Shown: piece after piece, positions 61,291 to 64,000 of the stretch | Position numbering within the stretch: position 1 is the stretch's first letter | How the letters are laid out: the number at the start of each line of letters is the position of its first letter | Assembly (NCBI GenBank): GCA_002269645.1 | Contig: NIVC01001508.1 | Span: 1 to 64,000 of the forward strand | Reading direction: 5' to 3' | DNA: 64,000 nucleotides | Source of the DNA: Macrostomum lignano | Lineage: Eukaryota | Notes under the pieces: generated by a model | The model's database searches: none | Told to the model about the DNA's origin: nothing | Seen by the model: the letters and a program-made list of their open reading frames with translations, nothing else | Program-made: the position numbers and the translations under genes

Positions 61291-63299
61291 TCTAGGACAG
61301 ACACTAAAGCACTAAAGCAGACGCTAAGACAAACTAAAATCGACACTAAAATGGCAGCACTAAGACAAATTCTAAATAAGAAAGACAGGAGCCCCATGCA
61401 GTTACACAGCTAATCAGGCAGACAGAGACACAGAAAAGACACTTAGACAATTCTAGACAAAAGCGTAAGACATTCGGAACAGATTCGGACAGACAGTTAG
61501 ATACGGATTTATCCGTCTGTTTAACGTCTTCTACCTAACTGGCTATACGTTGATTGCGTCCGTTCTGTTCTCCCCAGTCCCGCATGCAGTCGTGGCTCAA
61601 GGAAAGCATAGAGTAGGCATAGGAAGAGAAGATGGCTCTCTCTGTGTGTACACTTTTTAGCTTAGCTACAGGTGTGGCGGCAATTTTTTCTAGGAATGAT
61701 TTTTTTATTTCCAAATCTCCCTACCCCCGTAGCAACGGTCCCTAGCCGTCTCTTTCTCCCTCTCTCCATCCGTCAGCTTCGTCACACGCCTTGATCAGCC
61801 GCGCTTAGAGGCGAGGCTGCACGCGCGAAAGAAGATGCTTGGGCAAAAATCTCTGCCTGTCTGTCTGTCTTCCCACCTCCCAGCCTCCCTCCCTTTTGCT
61901 ACTAAGGACTGCCCTTCTGTTCGCTTCTCCATCGACTCGGATCCGCTCGATCGCGGTGACCTCCACCCCATTCATCCAGTTCCCATTTCCCGGCTCCTCA
62001 GCTGCATCTCACCTGATTCAACATCGCGCCATGGATGATCGAAACAGAGGGAATGTTGCTTCAATTCCCCCTAAAGAAAACAAGAAGCTTGAATTTGAAA
62101 TCAAATGAGATTAAATTTGACAAAGTCAAAGCGATGTTGATGTTGCATTTTCTACGCTATGGTCATTCCTTTAACTCTATCTAATGTCCATTAATAACAA
62201 GCAGTTAACAAGAATCTATTGTAGAATATCTAGATGGAAAAGCAATTAGATGGCTATTTTCTGCAACAGTCTCTGTACAGATGCGAGTTTGCTGTTTTTG
62301 GAGCAACTCTGCTTGAACGGCAGATTTTCTCACGCACAAGTTGTATTTGCGCTCTCTCAGCCGGCACACTTTCACTTTGTCACGGCATTTTCTCGGTTTT
62401 TTCTGTATGCCTCCTTCATTTTATTATGGTTAGATCTTTAGAAGCAGATCATTATTTGCTTCTGTTAAGCTCTCTCTTCTGCGGGTTAGCTTAGTTCTCA
62501 GCGGGTTTCCGCTGGACCCCTGAGCACGGGCAGAGTCAGAGTCATAGCCTTGAATCTCACGTCAAGCCCCCCCCCCAATTGTCAGTTAACTCAATTAATG
62601 CAGTCTCGCAGGGAATAGAACCCCGGGGTACCACTGAGTTCGGAGCTCTGAAAGTGTTTTGTCCTTTGAAATTTTGACTGCCTGAAGCGTGTGTTCAATG
62701 TACGAGCGTATCTGTATCCAGAAGGTATATTAGCTTATACTAATGGCAAATCCTTTCTGCCATTATCCAAGCCCCGAGTCTCTCGCAGTTTTGTTGGCCT
62801 GCAACTGGCGTGTAAATTATTGATTGCCCATTGGGAAGAGGGAAAGAGAGGGGACTGAGAGGGACCTCAAGTCAGTTGCTGATAAGCTACCCCTATAGGA
62901 TTATATCCCCTGACTAGTTTAGCTTGGTTGGCCATTGCTAAAGTCTGCTTCAGCAAGCTTAGTGACTGTTTCTTGAGCTCCCGCGCTGTGCCTTTCTCCG
63001 CTTTCCTCACTCTGCATTGACTGTTTTCAGTTACAGAACTCGATCTCTTTAGCGGGGTTTTTGCCACTATATCAACCGACGTCTCTTCCTACACATGAGA
63101 GTTGGGAATTCAATTTTCCTACGCAAATTATCTGACAAGTAGACCTTGCTCAGAGTGTAGAACTGAGTGTAGTGCTGGGAACTGGCTTTTTCTGCATGTA
63201 CTGGGGTGGGTTCGGTGCCTGATAGTTCCGGATGTTTAGAGGAAAAAGAAAAACTAAGAAAATTAAGAGAAGGCAAGGAAGGAGAAGAGGGCAGTCTGA

Positions 63300-64000
63300 A
63301 AAGGAGATGAGAGATGAAAGGGAGATAGAAGATGAGAGGTAAATGATAGATGATAGGGAGATGAGGAATAATTTTGAGATGAGAGATGAGAAGGAGATAA
63401 GAGATGAGGGAGAGAGATGAGAGATAAGTTAGAGATAAAATATAAGAGGGAGATGAGAGACGAGAGGGAGATGAGGGATGAGAGGGAGTTAAGAGATACG
63501 AGGGAGATAAGAGATGAGAAGGAAATGAGGGATGAGAGATAAAGGGAGTTAAGAGATACGAGGGAGATAAGAGATGAGAAGGAAATGAGAGATGAGAGAT
63601 AAAGGGAGTTAAGAGATGAGAGGGAGATAAGAGATGAGAAGGAAATGAGAGATGAGAGATAAAGGGAGTTAAGAGATGAGAGGGAGATGAGAGATGAGAA
63701 GGAAATGAGAGATGAGAGATAATGGGAGTTAAGAGATGAGAGGGAGATAAGAGATGAGAAGGAAATGAGAGATGAGAGATAAAGGGAGTTAAGAGATGAA
63801 AGGGAGATAAGAGATGAGAAGGAAATGAGAGATGAGAGATAAAGGGAGTTAAGAGATGAGAGGGAGATGAGAGATGAGAAGGAAATGAGAGATGAGAGAT
63901 AAAGGGAGTTAAGAGATGAGAGGGAGATAAGAGATGAGAAGGAAATGAGAGATGAGAGATAAAGGGAGTTAAGAGATGAAAGGGAGATAAGAGATGAGAA
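63300..64000. repeat. 60-bp purine-rich tandem repeat (GAGATGAGAAGGAAATGAGAGATGAGAGATAAAGGGAGTTAAGAGATGAGAGGGAGATAA), runs off the window end
   Basis: The 60-nt lines from 63541 to 63961 are nearly identical, and the strand has almost no C. Confidence 0.95.

Noticed and set aside
59000-63290. Short ORFs as missing SGK 3' exons or a new gene
   Set aside because: No kinase subdomain XI or AGC-tail motifs, and no consistent exon chain could be built.

Overview
Eukaryotic (metazoan) genomic DNA with GC-rich exons and AT-rich or tandem-repeat-filled introns. Its style resembles a Macrostomum-type flatworm genome; this is inference, not database-checked. Genes reconstructed by hand from splice sites and phases: (1) a single-exon Tim8; (2) two tandem sorbitol dehydrogenase paralogs on the minus strand, whose exon 2 is nearly identical while the other exons are strongly diverged, and the downstream copy has a frameshift; (3) a 4-exon orphan low-complexity gene; (4) LRRC51 (minus); (5) a complete 6-exon HMG-CoA synthase; (6) a PX-domain SGK3-like kinase whose last exons are not found in the window; (7) a 3-exon aerolysin/ETX-MTX2-like beta-pore-forming protein on the opposite strand right after SGK exon 8, so it is probably nested. 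Most large introns of HMGCS, SGK and the aerolysin-like gene carry their own minisatellite. Several units carry 5' splice-site cores, and one is a direct 14-fold amplification of a real exon-end/donor junction. Also present: an RTE-type non-LTR retrotransposon remnant, hAT-like and other MITEs, palindromic elements and microsatellites. No tRNA, rRNA or CRISPR array was found.
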